A stretch of 64,000 nt of DNA from an uncultured Chryseobacterium sp. (lineage in GTDB: Bacteria > Bacteroidota > Bacteroidia > Flavobacteriales > Weeksellaceae), in the NCBI RefSeq assembly GCF_913777465.1, contig NZ_CAJYRQ010000027.1, one strand, 5' to 3'. The position numbers and the translations under genes were made by a program. The notes below the pieces were generated by a model that was not told where the DNA came from, made no database searches, and was given only the letters and a program-made list of their open reading frames with translations. Of the stretch, positions 1-9,285 are shown in pieces; positions within the stretch are counted from its first letter, which is position 1; every line of letters begins with the position of its first letter.

Positions 1-301
1 ATAAGCAAAAGCTTGAAAAACTTCAGGATGTGATTCCGGAAATAAATACTATTTAACATAATATAAATTATAGGACTTTTTACGAACTGGATAAAACACT
101 CTGAAAAACATTATTTTCTTTAATTTTAATGACTTGATTTAAAGGCTTTTTAAGAGGTCAGAATGAATCAAGAACCTTAGCTATCTGACTGATATTAAGA
201 GGCTTTAAAAGCCCTGAAATCAAAAACTTCTTCTTCCATTCAAATTAAGCTGTATTTTTATAATTAAAACTTTTTAAAATTTAAACCAGATAAAAATTGA
301 T

Positions 302-493
302 ATGAGCAAAAACAAATTAACCCAGGAACAAACGGATGAGCTTTTAAAAATTCTGAAAATAAGATTTGACGAAAACATGAACCGTCACGAAAATCTGCAT
401 TGGGATGACATTCTGAAAAAACTGGAAGAAAATCCTGACAAGCTACGGGCTCTTTATGAAATGGAAAATAAGCTAAATATCTTAATTATTTAA
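302..493 (+). pseudogene. Truncated DUF4256-family gene (N-terminal fragment only)
   Basis: The first ~55 aa (MSKNKLTQEQTDELLKILKIRFDENMNRH..LHW..KLEENPDKL..LYEME) resemble the DUF4256 N-terminus as I recall it. The frame then runs into AT-rich sequence and stops at 63 aa, well short of a full family member. Confidence 0.55.
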
Positions 494-592
494 TGTTGAA
501 AATTTACACAGCTTCTTATCCATTAAATATTTTTTTCATGTAAAATACAATTATTATTTTAGCATAAGCGAAATTTGATAAATAAAAAGGAT

Positions 593-1096
593 ATGAAAAA
601 CTTAATTGTACTGGGTGCTTTATCTGCATTCCTGCTGAATTGCAACAAAAAGCCGGAAGCTCCGGTTGCCGAGCCGGCTTCTGCGGATACAGCAACCGCT
701 ATGGAGAAAGTGACAGATACTCTAGGTCCGAAATCGTTCTGCTACATGGGCGTTACCGGGAAAGATACCGTTTTTGTAAGCATCGACGACAATCTCGGAA
801 CCATTACCGGAAAAATGGCGAGCAAAAACAGTGAGAAAGACAGTAACAAAGGAGATCTTACCGGCTTCAAATCCGGAGATACGCTGAAACTTACGTATAT
901 TTTTGCTTCCGAAGGTAAAACCGGGAATAAAAACGACCTCTATTTTCTCCAGACCAAAGACGGTCTGAGCGAAGGAATCGGTGAAAGAGATGCGGAAACG
1001 GGAACCAAATATGCCGACGAAAAGAAAATAAAGTACACCGGCGGAAGAACTTTAAAAACGGCAGACTGCGCGATGGTAGCCAATGCTCTGAAATAA
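593..1096 (+). CDS. Hypothetical lipoprotein
   Basis: Signal peptide II-like MKNLIVLGALSAFLLNC from ATG 593 (ORF track starts at TTG 575), followed by a Pro/Ala linker. Terminator downstream. Confidence 0.75.
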   Translation: MKNLIVLGALSAFLLNCNKKPEAPVAEPASADTATAMEKVTDTLGPKSFCYMGVTGKDTVFVSIDDNLGTITGKMASKNSEKDSNKGDLTGFKSGDTLKLTYIFASEGKTGNKNDLYFLQTKDGLSEGIGERDAETGTKYADEKKIKYTGGRTLKTADCAMVANALK

Positions 1097-1112
1097 GAAA
1101 TATTTGTAAGAT

Positions 1113-1152
1113 AAAGATAAAATGCAACCGTTTCCGGTTGCATTTTGTCTTT
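1113..1152. terminator. Bidirectional intrinsic terminator
   Basis: aaagataaaatgcaaccg-tttc-cggttgcattttgtcttt hairpin between convergent genes. Confidence 0.8.
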
Positions 1153-2182
1153 ATAATTCTTCTTTAATAATTTTAATAAAATCATTCACCGGTTCATCTC
1201 CTGTATTCCAGGAGGTAATGAGGCGGATTGCTGAAAACCGGCTGTCTATCCTTTTCCATACATAAAATTCGAATTTTTCCGACAGCTTTTCGATCAGTTC
1301 CTGGCTGAGGATCGGAAAAATCTGATTGGTGTACGTATCGGATAAGAACTGCACTCCCCTTTCCTTCATGGCATTTTTCATTTTCATCGCCTGCTGATTT
1401 GCGTGTCTGGCCAGATCAAAATACAGGTCGTTTTTCATCAGCTCAAGAAACTGGATCCCAAGCAGTCTCCCTTTTGCCAGCAGCGCACCTTTCTGTTTGA
1501 TGTTAAATGCAAAATCCTGTTGCAGCTCAGGGTTATTGATTACGATGGCCTCCCCGATCAATGCGCCGTTCTTCGTTCCTCCCAGGTAGAAAATGTCTGT
1601 CAGTTCAGCAACTTTTTCCAGCGTCAGATCACTGATTTCCGAAGTTAGCCCATGCCCCAGCCTCGCTCCGTCCATAAACAGATACAGGCGGTTTTCTTTA
1701 CAGAATTCGGAAAGCTTTTCCAGTTCCTGTAAGGTATAAACCGTTCCCAGTTCCGTTGAATTGGAAATATAGACCAGCTTCGGCATCACCTGATGCGGAA
1801 CATTGCGGTGGCTTTCCAGTACCGGAATGATATCTTCAGGAGTTAGTTTCCCATCCTCCTTTTCAATGCCCAGAATCTTATGGCCGGTAGCTTCAATGGC
1901 CCCGGTTTCATTATTCAGGATATGTCCCGTTGCTGCAGAAATTGCACACTGATAAGGCCTTAAAACCGAAGAAATTACAATAAGGTTGGCCTGGGTACCT
2001 CCCGAAACGAAATAGATTTCGGCATCGGGGCTTTTCATCTTTTCTTTGATTAAAACTTTGGCCTCCCGGGAATATTCATCTTCTCCGTAACCCGCCTGCT
2101 GATTGAGATTATTTTCTAAAAGTGCCTGTAAAATATCAGGATGACAACCTTCCGAATAGTCGTTTTTGAATGAAAATTTCAT
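1151..2182 (-). CDS. ltaE: Low-specificity L-threonine aldolase (PLP-dependent, beta-eliminating lyase family)
   Basis: SFKNDYSEG N-terminus, YGED, GGTQAN, FMDGARLG and GGTKNG (PLP lysine) motifs. Confidence 0.88.
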   Translation of the reverse strand: MKFSFKNDYSEGCHPDILQALLENNLNQQAGYGEDEYSREAKVLIKEKMKSPDAEIYFVSGGTQANLIVISSVLRPYQCAISAATGHILNNETGAIEATGHKILGIEKEDGKLTPEDIIPVLESHRNVPHQVMPKLVYISNSTELGTVYTLQELEKLSEFCKENRLYLFMDGARLGHGLTSEISDLTLEKVAELTDIFYLGGTKNGALIGEAIVINNPELQQDFAFNIKQKGALLAKGRLLGIQFLELMKNDLYFDLARHANQQAMKMKNAMKERGVQFLSDTYTNQIFPILSQELIEKLSEKFEFYVWKRIDSRFSAIRLITSWNTGDEPVNDFIKIIKEEL

Positions 2183-2267
2183 AAGGTAAAATTAAAAAAA
2201 GTTAACCGAAACATCCTTATTTATTGGCAATAATTTGTTAGATTTGTCACGAAAAGCATCTAACATT

Positions 2268-2921
2268 TTGAAGACAACATTAACGGAAGAAAATTATCTG
2301 AAGGCTTTGTTTCACGTGGTGGACCAGGATGGAAAGGTAACGATTAACGAGCTGAGCAAATTTTTAAACGTAAAAATGCCGAGCGTTAATAACATGATGA
2401 AGAAATTTGCCGAGAAAAACTGGGTAATCTACGAAACCTACAAGCCGCTGAAAGTAACGGAAAAAGGCCGCCGGGAAGCAGCGCTGGTTGTAAGAAAACA
2501 CCGCCTGACGGAAATGTTTCTGGTAAAAAAAATGAATTTCGGCTGGGAAAATGTTCATGAAATTGCCGAGCAGCTGGAGCATGTGCACTCTACCGTTTTC
2601 TTCGATAAGATGGACGAAATCCTGGATTACCCCAAATTCGATCCGCACGGTGAACCGATCCCGGACAAAGACGGCAATATCATCGCACAGGATTTACAGA
2701 AACTCAGCCATTGTAAAGTCGGGGAAACCGTCATTTTCACTTCGGTTACCCTTTCCGATGATGCCTTTTTAAACTACCTGACTGAAAGAAATTTACTGCT
2801 GAATAAAAAAATCAATATCCTTAAGATTGAAAGCTTCGACAAATCGTTTACCGTGGAAGTAGACGGAAAACAGGAAATCCTAAGCCGTAAAGCCACGGAT
2901 AAAATACTGGTGAAGAAATAA
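2268..2921 (+). CDS. mntR: DtxR/MntR-family metal-dependent repressor with C-terminal FeoA/SH3-like domain
   Basis: TEENYLKA, HTH, RKHRLTEMFL, AEQLEH and DPHGEPIP motifs. Likely TTG start at 2268. Confidence 0.88.
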   Translation: MKTTLTEENYLKALFHVVDQDGKVTINELSKFLNVKMPSVNNMMKKFAEKNWVIYETYKPLKVTEKGRREAALVVRKHRLTEMFLVKKMNFGWENVHEIAEQLEHVHSTVFFDKMDEILDYPKFDPHGEPIPDKDGNIIAQDLQKLSHCKVGETVIFTSVTLSDDAFLNYLTERNLLLNKKINILKIESFDKSFTVEVDGKQEILSRKATDKILVKK

Positions 2922-3022
2922 GACTATGTATTGAGTGTACTTAAAGCTCTATATGATTATCTGTGAAAGTCTGTGAAATCTACGATAGATTCTTTATTTA
3001 TGCATACCTCCAATACTATGTT

Positions 3023-3113
3023 GAGATTCCTTCGGAATGACAAATGTAGTGTTGAATTATGATTCACTCCACTGTAAGGAATGGCTGTCCGGTGGCTGAG
3101 GCCCTCGAAGCCA
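3023..3113. repeat. REP-like intergenic elements (gagattccttcggaatgaca; ggtggctgaggccctcgaagcca)
   Basis: gattcc-ttcggaatgaca matches the gattcctacggaaagaca arm at ~23005-23022. Lies between convergent genes. Confidence 0.5.
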
Positions 3114-3149
3114 GGTAATTATCTGTGAAAATCCGTGCAGATTTGTGGT

Positions 3150-4328
3150 TTATTTTAGACCTGCCTTTAATACTTCAGAAACCTTCTCTATTTCCTCCGT
3201 CGTATTGAAATAATGAGGTGAGAGCCGTACAATGCCGTTGATATTCTTGTTGGTAAAGTCGATCAGTGCAGAGTTTTTGTAAGTCACGGAAAAGTATACG
3301 TTATTTTTTTTTAAGATTTTCTGAATATTTTCAAGGTCGCCGTCTGGACCGGAAAAAGTAACGATGCTGCTCAGCCGGTTGCCCCAATCCCAAACGCTGA
3401 AACCGCTCTCTTTGAGATTTTCCCGCAATTTCCGGGACAAGCTTTGGTTATATTTTTCGATGGCATCCATTCCGACAGCGTTGGCATATCCGATGGCGTA
3501 TTTTAAACCCAGCATGGAAGCGTACGACATTTCCCAATGCTCGAAGCGTTTTGCGGTTTTGAACAATTCATAATCGTTATATTCCGTCCAGTCCGCCCCT
3601 CTCATGTCCAGCAGCAGCGGTGCGTAGTCCTGCTCCAAGATCCGGTCTGAGACGTACAGAAATCCCGTTCCCCTCGGTCCGCGCAGAAACTTCCTCCCGG
3701 TTGCGGTAAGGAAATCGCAGCCTATTTTTTCGACATCTACCACCATCTGCCCTACTGACTGGCAGGCATCCACCAGATAGAGAATGTCATGCTCCCTGCA
3801 TATTTTTCCTACGGCTTCCACATTCTGGATCAGCCCGGAATTGGTCGGAATATGTGTAACGGCAATAAGTTTCGGGTGATGTTCCCTGATCAGCCGTCCG
3901 AGGTCTTCCAGGTCCAGTTCGTGATCCGGCAGATTCTTCATTCTAATCACCTTCACTCCTACTTTCTTTTGCAGGGAAATAAACGTAATCTGATTGGAAA
4001 TATAATCGTCCGCTGTCGTAATAATTACGTCGCCATCCCTGAAAATAATACCCGACAAAGCTTTGCTGTAAGCTTCGGTGGCACTTGTCATAAAAGCCAT
4101 ATTGGCTGGTTTGGCGTTAATCAGTTTTGCCGATTCACTGTAAAATTCTTCCAGCACATCCGCATTCATGTTCGCCACATCATATCCTCCGGAGCGTTCT
4201 TCCAGCTTTAAATAATCGACTACTGCATCGGTTACGATATCCGGCATTAAAGAAGAACCGGCATTGTTAAGAAAAATTTTGCCGTCTCCAAGGCCGCGGG
4301 TATCCTGTATTATTTTATCGATGTTCAT
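3150..4328 (-). CDS. Class V aminotransferase / PLP-dependent lyase (cysteine desulfurase-like fold)
   Basis: FLNNAGSS, VDACQSVG, ATGRKFLRGPRG (PLP Lys) and VRLSPHYFN motifs. Start ATG at 4328. Confidence 0.85.
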   Translation of the reverse strand: MNIDKIIQDTRGLGDGKIFLNNAGSSLMPDIVTDAVVDYLKLEERSGGYDVANMNADVLEEFYSESAKLINAKPANMAFMTSATEAYSKALSGIIFRDGDVIITTADDYISNQITFISLQKKVGVKVIRMKNLPDHELDLEDLGRLIREHHPKLIAVTHIPTNSGLIQNVEAVGKICREHDILYLVDACQSVGQMVVDVEKIGCDFLTATGRKFLRGPRGTGFLYVSDRILEQDYAPLLLDMRGADWTEYNDYELFKTAKRFEHWEMSYASMLGLKYAIGYANAVGMDAIEKYNQSLSRKLRENLKESGFSVWDWGNRLSSIVTFSGPDGDLENIQKILKKNNVYFSVTYKNSALIDFTNKNINGIVRLSPHYFNTTEEIEKVSEVLKAGLK

Positions 4329-4631
4329 TGTGATTCTATTGAAATATAATGTTACGGATTTTTTATTGATTCCGGAAATGTAGGATAATATTTTATTTTT
4401 TGGATAAGCGCAAAAACACAAGACATTAAGAAAAGGATGATGCTTTAAGGCGTGAAGAATCTGACACTGTCAAATTTTTTATGCTGCTACTACCCTATTA
4501 AATTTTATTCCTTCCGGTCAGTAAGCCTTTTATAATTTTTATTAAAGATAAAATCTTCGGAACTTTGCATTTTCCAACAAAAATTCCCGGCCTTGTACTG
4601 CCGGGAATTATATGGATATAGCTTTTTTGAA

Positions 4632-5777
4632 TTAATCCAGAACGCTCCAACCCCTTTTCGGATTGTTGTTGTTGGATACTTCCTGCTCGTTGACGATGAT
4701 GTTTTCCTTTCTCTGGCCGATGTAATCCAGTTCGCTCAGTTTAGCAAAGATGGTTTCCAGGCTTTTCAGCATCTGCTGGATGTAGATAAACGGTTCACCG
4801 CAGTTGTGATGGTCATAATTGGTTTCAGCAACAATAGACAACTGGTTCAGCAGCGTGTGGGGAGCAATTTCACTCCATTCCAGACTGTAGTTCAGCATTT
4901 CTTCCAACTCTGCAGGAACCAGTACCTGCGTCGCATTGTACATGCGAAGCGCCAGTTTGGCAAACAGCTCAATCAGAAATACCGGTGGCTGATACGGGGT
5001 AATATTCCGGAACTGGAAATACATATCGCCGAAAGTATTGATCATCGTATTACACAGAAATTTAACGTTCTGGGCCAATGCCGTATTCTGGTTTTTATGG
5101 GAAGCTTTCTGAATGATTTTGAAAGCATATTGCTGCAGGTTCCCGACGGATTTTGCAAAGATATTGTAATAATCCAGCAGTGCCGGATGGCTCTGAATGG
5201 AAGTACACGGCGGGATGAAGTTGGAATCCACCTGTGCGATATTCCCTTTCAGGTCTACTTTTCCGATGATGAGGTAATTCCCTCCCGAGTAGCTGCTGTT
5301 CAATGAAGTTACCGGCAGCAGTTCCAGGTGGTGGTTGGACTGGGTATTCGGGTGGCGTGGCGGAAGCTCTTCCGGATCGATATCCCCAAACGGCACTTTA
5401 TCGAAAGGATTTACGGAAATCAGGATGTAATATTCTCCGTCGGCCTGTTCTTCATTCATGGATTTCGCCATTGATTTGACACTGATTCTCCTATCCACCA
5501 GCTCGATCCGGTAACCGGCCATGGTAACGGCACTGCATCGTTTGATCACGAGCTGTACGTCATTCGTTGCCGTGTTGTGGACATCGAAAATCGTCCGGTC
5601 GGTAAACTCGTTCGAAATAGGCAGAAGCCCGTAATTATAGTTTGTGATTCCCAATGAATTGGAATCCCTGATGGTATCGATTAAAAAATTATCCTGGTCA
5701 TTAAGATGTCTCTGGGAAACTTTCATCCCGTCAACCCAATTGATGGCAAAATGCTTAATAGGCTGTATCATATTCAA
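4632..5777 (-). CDS. tssK: Type VI secretion system (subtype iii) baseplate subunit TssK
   Basis: INWVDGMKVSQRHL N-terminus typical of TssK, and FIPPCTSIQSHPAL. Adjacent to tssN and tssG. Confidence 0.82.
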   Translation of the reverse strand: MNMIQPIKHFAINWVDGMKVSQRHLNDQDNFLIDTIRDSNSLGITNYNYGLLPISNEFTDRTIFDVHNTATNDVQLVIKRCSAVTMAGYRIELVDRRISVKSMAKSMNEEQADGEYYILISVNPFDKVPFGDIDPEELPPRHPNTQSNHHLELLPVTSLNSSYSGGNYLIIGKVDLKGNIAQVDSNFIPPCTSIQSHPALLDYYNIFAKSVGNLQQYAFKIIQKASHKNQNTALAQNVKFLCNTMINTFGDMYFQFRNITPYQPPVFLIELFAKLALRMYNATQVLVPAELEEMLNYSLEWSEIAPHTLLNQLSIVAETNYDHHNCGEPFIYIQQMLKSLETIFAKLSELDYIGQRKENIIVNEQEVSNNNNPKRGWSVLD

Positions 5778-5782
5778 TATTT

Positions 5783-6697
5783 TTAAACGGTGTGCGATTG
5801 TGGCCTTCTGATTCCTTCTTCTTCATGCTGGATCACCCTTTTGCAGATTACCACGTCATTTTCATGAATTCTGTTCTCGGTAATATCCTGCTCGAAATCG
5901 ATGTATTTCCTGAAGCTGAAAAAAGATTTTTTGGTGTAGAAAATCCAGTAAAAAGGTTCCTGTGTCTCGTCGGTAAGATGGATTATCGAATTCGGATTCT
6001 TATGATTGTAGTCATCAACCACCCGATAGAACCAGTCGCCGAAGGTAACCCCCGTAGGAAGGGTCTTGGCTTTAATCCTGAAACGGTTGGCTTCTTCAAG
6101 GTTCTTGCTCAGTTCAACATTCAAAACCATCAGCCGGTCGAAATCCGCACCTTCAAAGTCCGGCAGCTTCTGGTCCGGAGAATACCTCCATGTTTTATAA
6201 ATATCCACGGGAATGCTGATGAGTTGTACATAACAGTAATGAAACACCAGCGGAACCATGAAAATAAACAGGCTGGTTGCTGCCATAATAGGATATCCGG
6301 TTCCTTTGCTCATCCAGTTAAAGATCAGGTAAAAAAGGTAACCTCCGAAACCGATACAGGTTAAAGTGAGGATGGATTCAAACAAAAAACTCTTTGTGGT
6401 GGACATAAAATGCTTTTTGAAATACCGGTCTGATAAATTGACGTGAACGATTCCTAAGATAAGGTAAACAATCTGCGCAATGAGATACCAGTACGGATTA
6501 AAAAGATTCCCTGTGAAGCCGAAGACCCCCGGGACGGCCAGGCACAGACTGCACAGCAGAAAATAAATGATTATGGTTTTGATCTTTATAGCAGGCTTAT
6601 TTCTCCTGATGGCTCCCAGAATTGCCATCATGATTACTGCAAACAAAGGCATCATGATATACCTTAAAAAGATCCCTTTTACTGACGAAACTTCCAT
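5783..6697 (-). CDS. tssN: T6SS-iii membrane protein TssN
   Basis: Five predicted N-terminal TM segments, then IPVDIYKTW, FGDWFY..VDDYN and W.FY.K motifs. Bacteroidetes-specific T6SS component. Confidence 0.82.
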   Translation of the reverse strand: MEVSSVKGIFLRYIMMPLFAVIMMAILGAIRRNKPAIKIKTIIIYFLLCSLCLAVPGVFGFTGNLFNPYWYLIAQIVYLILGIVHVNLSDRYFKKHFMSTTKSFLFESILTLTCIGFGGYLFYLIFNWMSKGTGYPIMAATSLFIFMVPLVFHYCYVQLISIPVDIYKTWRYSPDQKLPDFEGADFDRLMVLNVELSKNLEEANRFRIKAKTLPTGVTFGDWFYRVVDDYNHKNPNSIIHLTDETQEPFYWIFYTKKSFFSFRKYIDFEQDITENRIHENDVVICKRVIQHEEEGIRRPQSHTV

Positions 6698-6751
6698 CTG
6701 ATTCTTCGAATTAATATTTTTTCTTGGTAAATGTAAATATAGTTAAAATTT

Positions 6752-7693
6752 TCACAGGAAAGTAGAGTATCCGAGCCTGTTTGCATTTCTTTCGTCATCT
6801 TCCAGCGCAAAAGAATATTCTTTTTTCTCGGTAATGAATTGTTCCTCCACTTCAACGCTTACCGGCAGGAAATAATCGTACATGGCCTGCAATACCTGCC
6901 GGAAAGGGCTGCCATCTATGTATTTCTTCATTTCCTGATAAGGAATCGGCCCGATATTTACCACCCAGTTCCGCTGGCCGTCCATATGTCTTCCGCTCGG
7001 AATATAAGTTACGCCCAGCCTTGAATTCCCCAGCAGCATGGAATTATCTTCCTTTTCAATCCGGTCGATCACATTTGGTGCGAAGGTAACATTTACGGGT
7101 ATCCGGAGGAAAGCGGTCATGCACCTTTCAAACCAGGCTTTATCACCACGGATCTGATGAAAAAACGGCAGGATATAGATAAAAATATAAGCATTCTGTA
7201 TATCAAGCTTACTGATCAGCGGCCATAATTCGCTGACGGTATCCAGCAGAGCACCGGTATCGCTGGAGATATCAAAATCAAATTCTTTCATCAAAGCACT
7301 GATCTCGGTAAAGAATATTTCCAGTTCAAAAGGCTTGAAGAACTTCCGCGCATCCTCCTCTACTCTTTTCTGTCTTCGGATTTCGCGGACCACCGTCTCC
7401 ACATTTTTACGGGAAGCACCTAAGGACGGAGGATGAAAAAGACCTTCCGGAAGATAATCGTAAATGCCTTCCCTGTAGGTTTCGATGGTATACACTTCTT
7501 CATCAAATCCCAGATAATCGCTTGAAATACTTTTGATGTCCTTCAGGTAAGCCCGGTCGTTGATCCCGATCCGGTCGATAAAAATATTGCTTACCGCCCT
7601 ATGGTATTTTAAAAGGTTCACGGCTACCGCTTCCGCCTTGAAATCGGTTTGCAGTTTATTGTAATGCATGTCTACAATATTATTCTCATACAT
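6752..7693 (-). CDS. tssG: T6SS-iii baseplate subunit TssG
   Basis: TDFKAEAVA, REGIYDYLPEGLFH, ARKFFKPFE, LGNSRLG and YDYFLP motifs characteristic of Bacteroidetes TssG. Confidence 0.82.
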   Translation of the reverse strand: MYENNIVDMHYNKLQTDFKAEAVAVNLLKYHRAVSNIFIDRIGINDRAYLKDIKSISSDYLGFDEEVYTIETYREGIYDYLPEGLFHPPSLGASRKNVETVVREIRRQKRVEEDARKFFKPFELEIFFTEISALMKEFDFDISSDTGALLDTVSELWPLISKLDIQNAYIFIYILPFFHQIRGDKAWFERCMTAFLRIPVNVTFAPNVIDRIEKEDNSMLLGNSRLGVTYIPSGRHMDGQRNWVVNIGPIPYQEMKKYIDGSPFRQVLQAMYDYFLPVSVEVEEQFITEKKEYSFALEDDERNANRLGYSTFL

Positions 7694-7877
7694 GGTCTGT
7701 GCTGTGATTTTGGCTTGTAAAAATAGTATATCTCAAATTATTGAAAAAATATTTCCCAATGAATTTTCTATTAAAAATAGTAAATAATTGTGAGCAAAGG
7801 AAGAAAAAAAGGAAAATAAGGCTAAGATTAAGGTTGAGGTAAAGTTTGGGTGTGTGAGAATCATTGATATCAACAGC

Positions 7878-7924
7878 TACCTTTACCTTTACCTTTACCT
7901 TTACCTTTACCTTTACCTTTACCT
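7878..7924. repeat. Hexanucleotide simple-sequence repeat (CTTTAC)x7
   Basis: Seven perfect CTTTAC copies at 7881-7922, plus partial flanks. An imperfect inverted partner aaggttgaggtaaag lies at 7831-7845. Confidence 0.95.
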
Positions 7925-7973
7925 CAGACTTAAATTAATATTTGATTAATTTTTCCCGCTGGTTTTCTCCCGA

Positions 7974-8006
7974 TTGATGGCAGCCTTAAAATTAACCGTA
8001 TCTTTG
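7974..8006 (+). promoter_or_regulatory. Bacteroidetes sigmaA-type promoter for the S1/P1 nuclease gene
   Basis: -7 box TATCTTTG (7999-8006) fits the TAnnTTTG consensus. TTG lies at 7974-7976. Confidence 0.55.
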
Positions 8007-8028
8007 CGCCCTGAAAATGTTATTTACA

Positions 8029-8820
8029 ATGAAAAGTATGTATTCTAAAATTCTGGTTCTGGCCTTCATGGCCTCTTCGCTGTATTCTTATGCGTGGGGA
8101 CTTACGGGACACCGGATTATTGCAGAAATTGCAGAGCATCACCTTTCCGGAAAGGCAAGAAGGGAGATCAAAAAAATGATGGGAAGGGAACGCCTTGCGT
8201 ATTGGGCCAACTGGCCGGATTTTATTAAATCCGACACCACCGGTGCCTGGAAACAGGCTTCAGCCTGGCATTACGTGAACATCGATCCGCAGACGGATTT
8301 CAGGGTGTTTGAAGAAAAACTGAAGGCACAGGCCGGCCCGAGTCTGTATACTCAGGCAAAAACCCTGTCCAGCCAGATCAAAGATCCGAAAACTTCGGAA
8401 AAAGACCGAAAGATCGCACTGATTTTCCTGATCCACATTATGGGCGACCTGGCTCAGCCGCTGCACGTAGGAAGAGCGGAAGATCTGGGCGGAAACAAGA
8501 TCAACGTGACCTATTTCGGGGAAAAAACCAACCTGCATTCGGTGTGGGACGGAAAGCTGGTGGACTCCCAGAAATACAGCTATACGGAATATGCCAATCT
8601 TCTGGACATTAAAACCAATGACGAAGTAAAGCAGATCCAGACCGGAACGCTGGAAGACTGGCTGTACGATTCCCATAAAATCGCCAACAAAATCTATGCA
8701 CAGACGCCGAATGATTCCAAACTGGCATACGACTATCAGTATAAATTCAACGATACGATGGAGAGACAGCTGCTGTACGGCGGTCTGAGACTGGCGAAAT
8801 GGCTGAACGATCTTTTTTAA
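8029..8820 (+). CDS. S1/P1 nuclease (secreted zinc nuclease)
   Basis: Signal peptide followed by WGLTGH, WPDFIK, WHYVN, HIMGDLAQPLH, DLGGN and NLHSVWD motifs. Confidence 0.92.
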   Translation: MKSMYSKILVLAFMASSLYSYAWGLTGHRIIAEIAEHHLSGKARREIKKMMGRERLAYWANWPDFIKSDTTGAWKQASAWHYVNIDPQTDFRVFEEKLKAQAGPSLYTQAKTLSSQIKDPKTSEKDRKIALIFLIHIMGDLAQPLHVGRAEDLGGNKINVTYFGEKTNLHSVWDGKLVDSQKYSYTEYANLLDIKTNDEVKQIQTGTLEDWLYDSHKIANKIYAQTPNDSKLAYDYQYKFNDTMERQLLYGGLRLAKWLNDLF

Positions 8821-8872
8821 GGTAAATGGTTCAATGGTGAATGGTGAATTTACTGTTCGTTAAAAGATATTA

Positions 8873-8899
8873 GGCGGGGCTTCGGTTCCGCTTTTTTTT
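8873..8899 (+). terminator. Intrinsic terminator
   Basis: ggcggggc-ttcg-gttccgc followed by a T-tract. Confidence 0.75.
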
Positions 8900-8989
8900 G
8901 TAGTGAATGGTCAAATGTCAATTTGATGTTGTTTAATCGGTAGGTAAAGGTTTAAAAATCGGTAACAAACGGTAATCAAAGGGAATTAA

Positions 8990-9160
8990 ATTCCACTCCT
9001 TTGGAGGGGTGGCGAAAATTCTGAAAGAATTTTTGACGGGGTGGTTTTTAAAAGGGTGAATTTTGCAAAGCAAGTGAATGGTCAATCTTGAATTGTTAAT
9101 TTTTCATGTGTACCTGACGAAAATTTACCATTCACCGGCAAAGCCGAATTTACCATTGAT
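8990..9160. repeat. Cluster of interspersed palindromic/short repeats (ccactcctttggaggggtgg..gacggggtgg; gtgaatggtca / taccattcacc)
   Basis: Imperfect hairpins and recurring tgaatgg/ccattca units in a 650-bp non-coding gap before rpoD. Confidence 0.45.
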
Positions 9161-9197
9161 CTGAAATTACCGGCTTAAACTGAATTTAAAGACCAAT

Positions 9198-9285
9198 GCC
9201 CTAGCCCGGATAGAAGCGGCTACCCCACAGCGGGGCCGGGATGCGGCGGCGCGAGGAGTAATAGCGGATAGCCGGATCAAGCTCC
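9198..9285 (+). ncRNA. Flavo-1-like structured RNA / repeat element (tentative)
   Basis: GC-rich 88-nt island GCCCTAGCCCGGATAGAAGCGG...TAGCGGATAGCCGGATCAAGCTCC. Its ends resemble the Flavo-1 motif as I recall it. Not verified by a covariance search. Confidence 0.35.

Noticed and set aside
3-56. Possible 3' end of an upstream CDS (KQKLEKLQDVIPEINTI*)
   Set aside because: Only 17 codons are visible at the window edge; cannot be supported or identified.
134-223. Imperfect inverted repeat (ttgattt..ggctttt / aaaagcc..aaatcaa) as a MITE
   Set aside because: Arms are interrupted and AT-rich, no target-site duplication is seen, and there is a single copy.
4593-5306. 237-aa plus-strand ORF
   Set aside because: Antisense shadow of tssK; no recognisable motifs.
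8029-8820. S1/P1 nuclease as a T6SS effector
   Set aside because: Has a Sec signal peptide, is divergently transcribed, and has no adjacent immunity or vgrG/PAAR gene.
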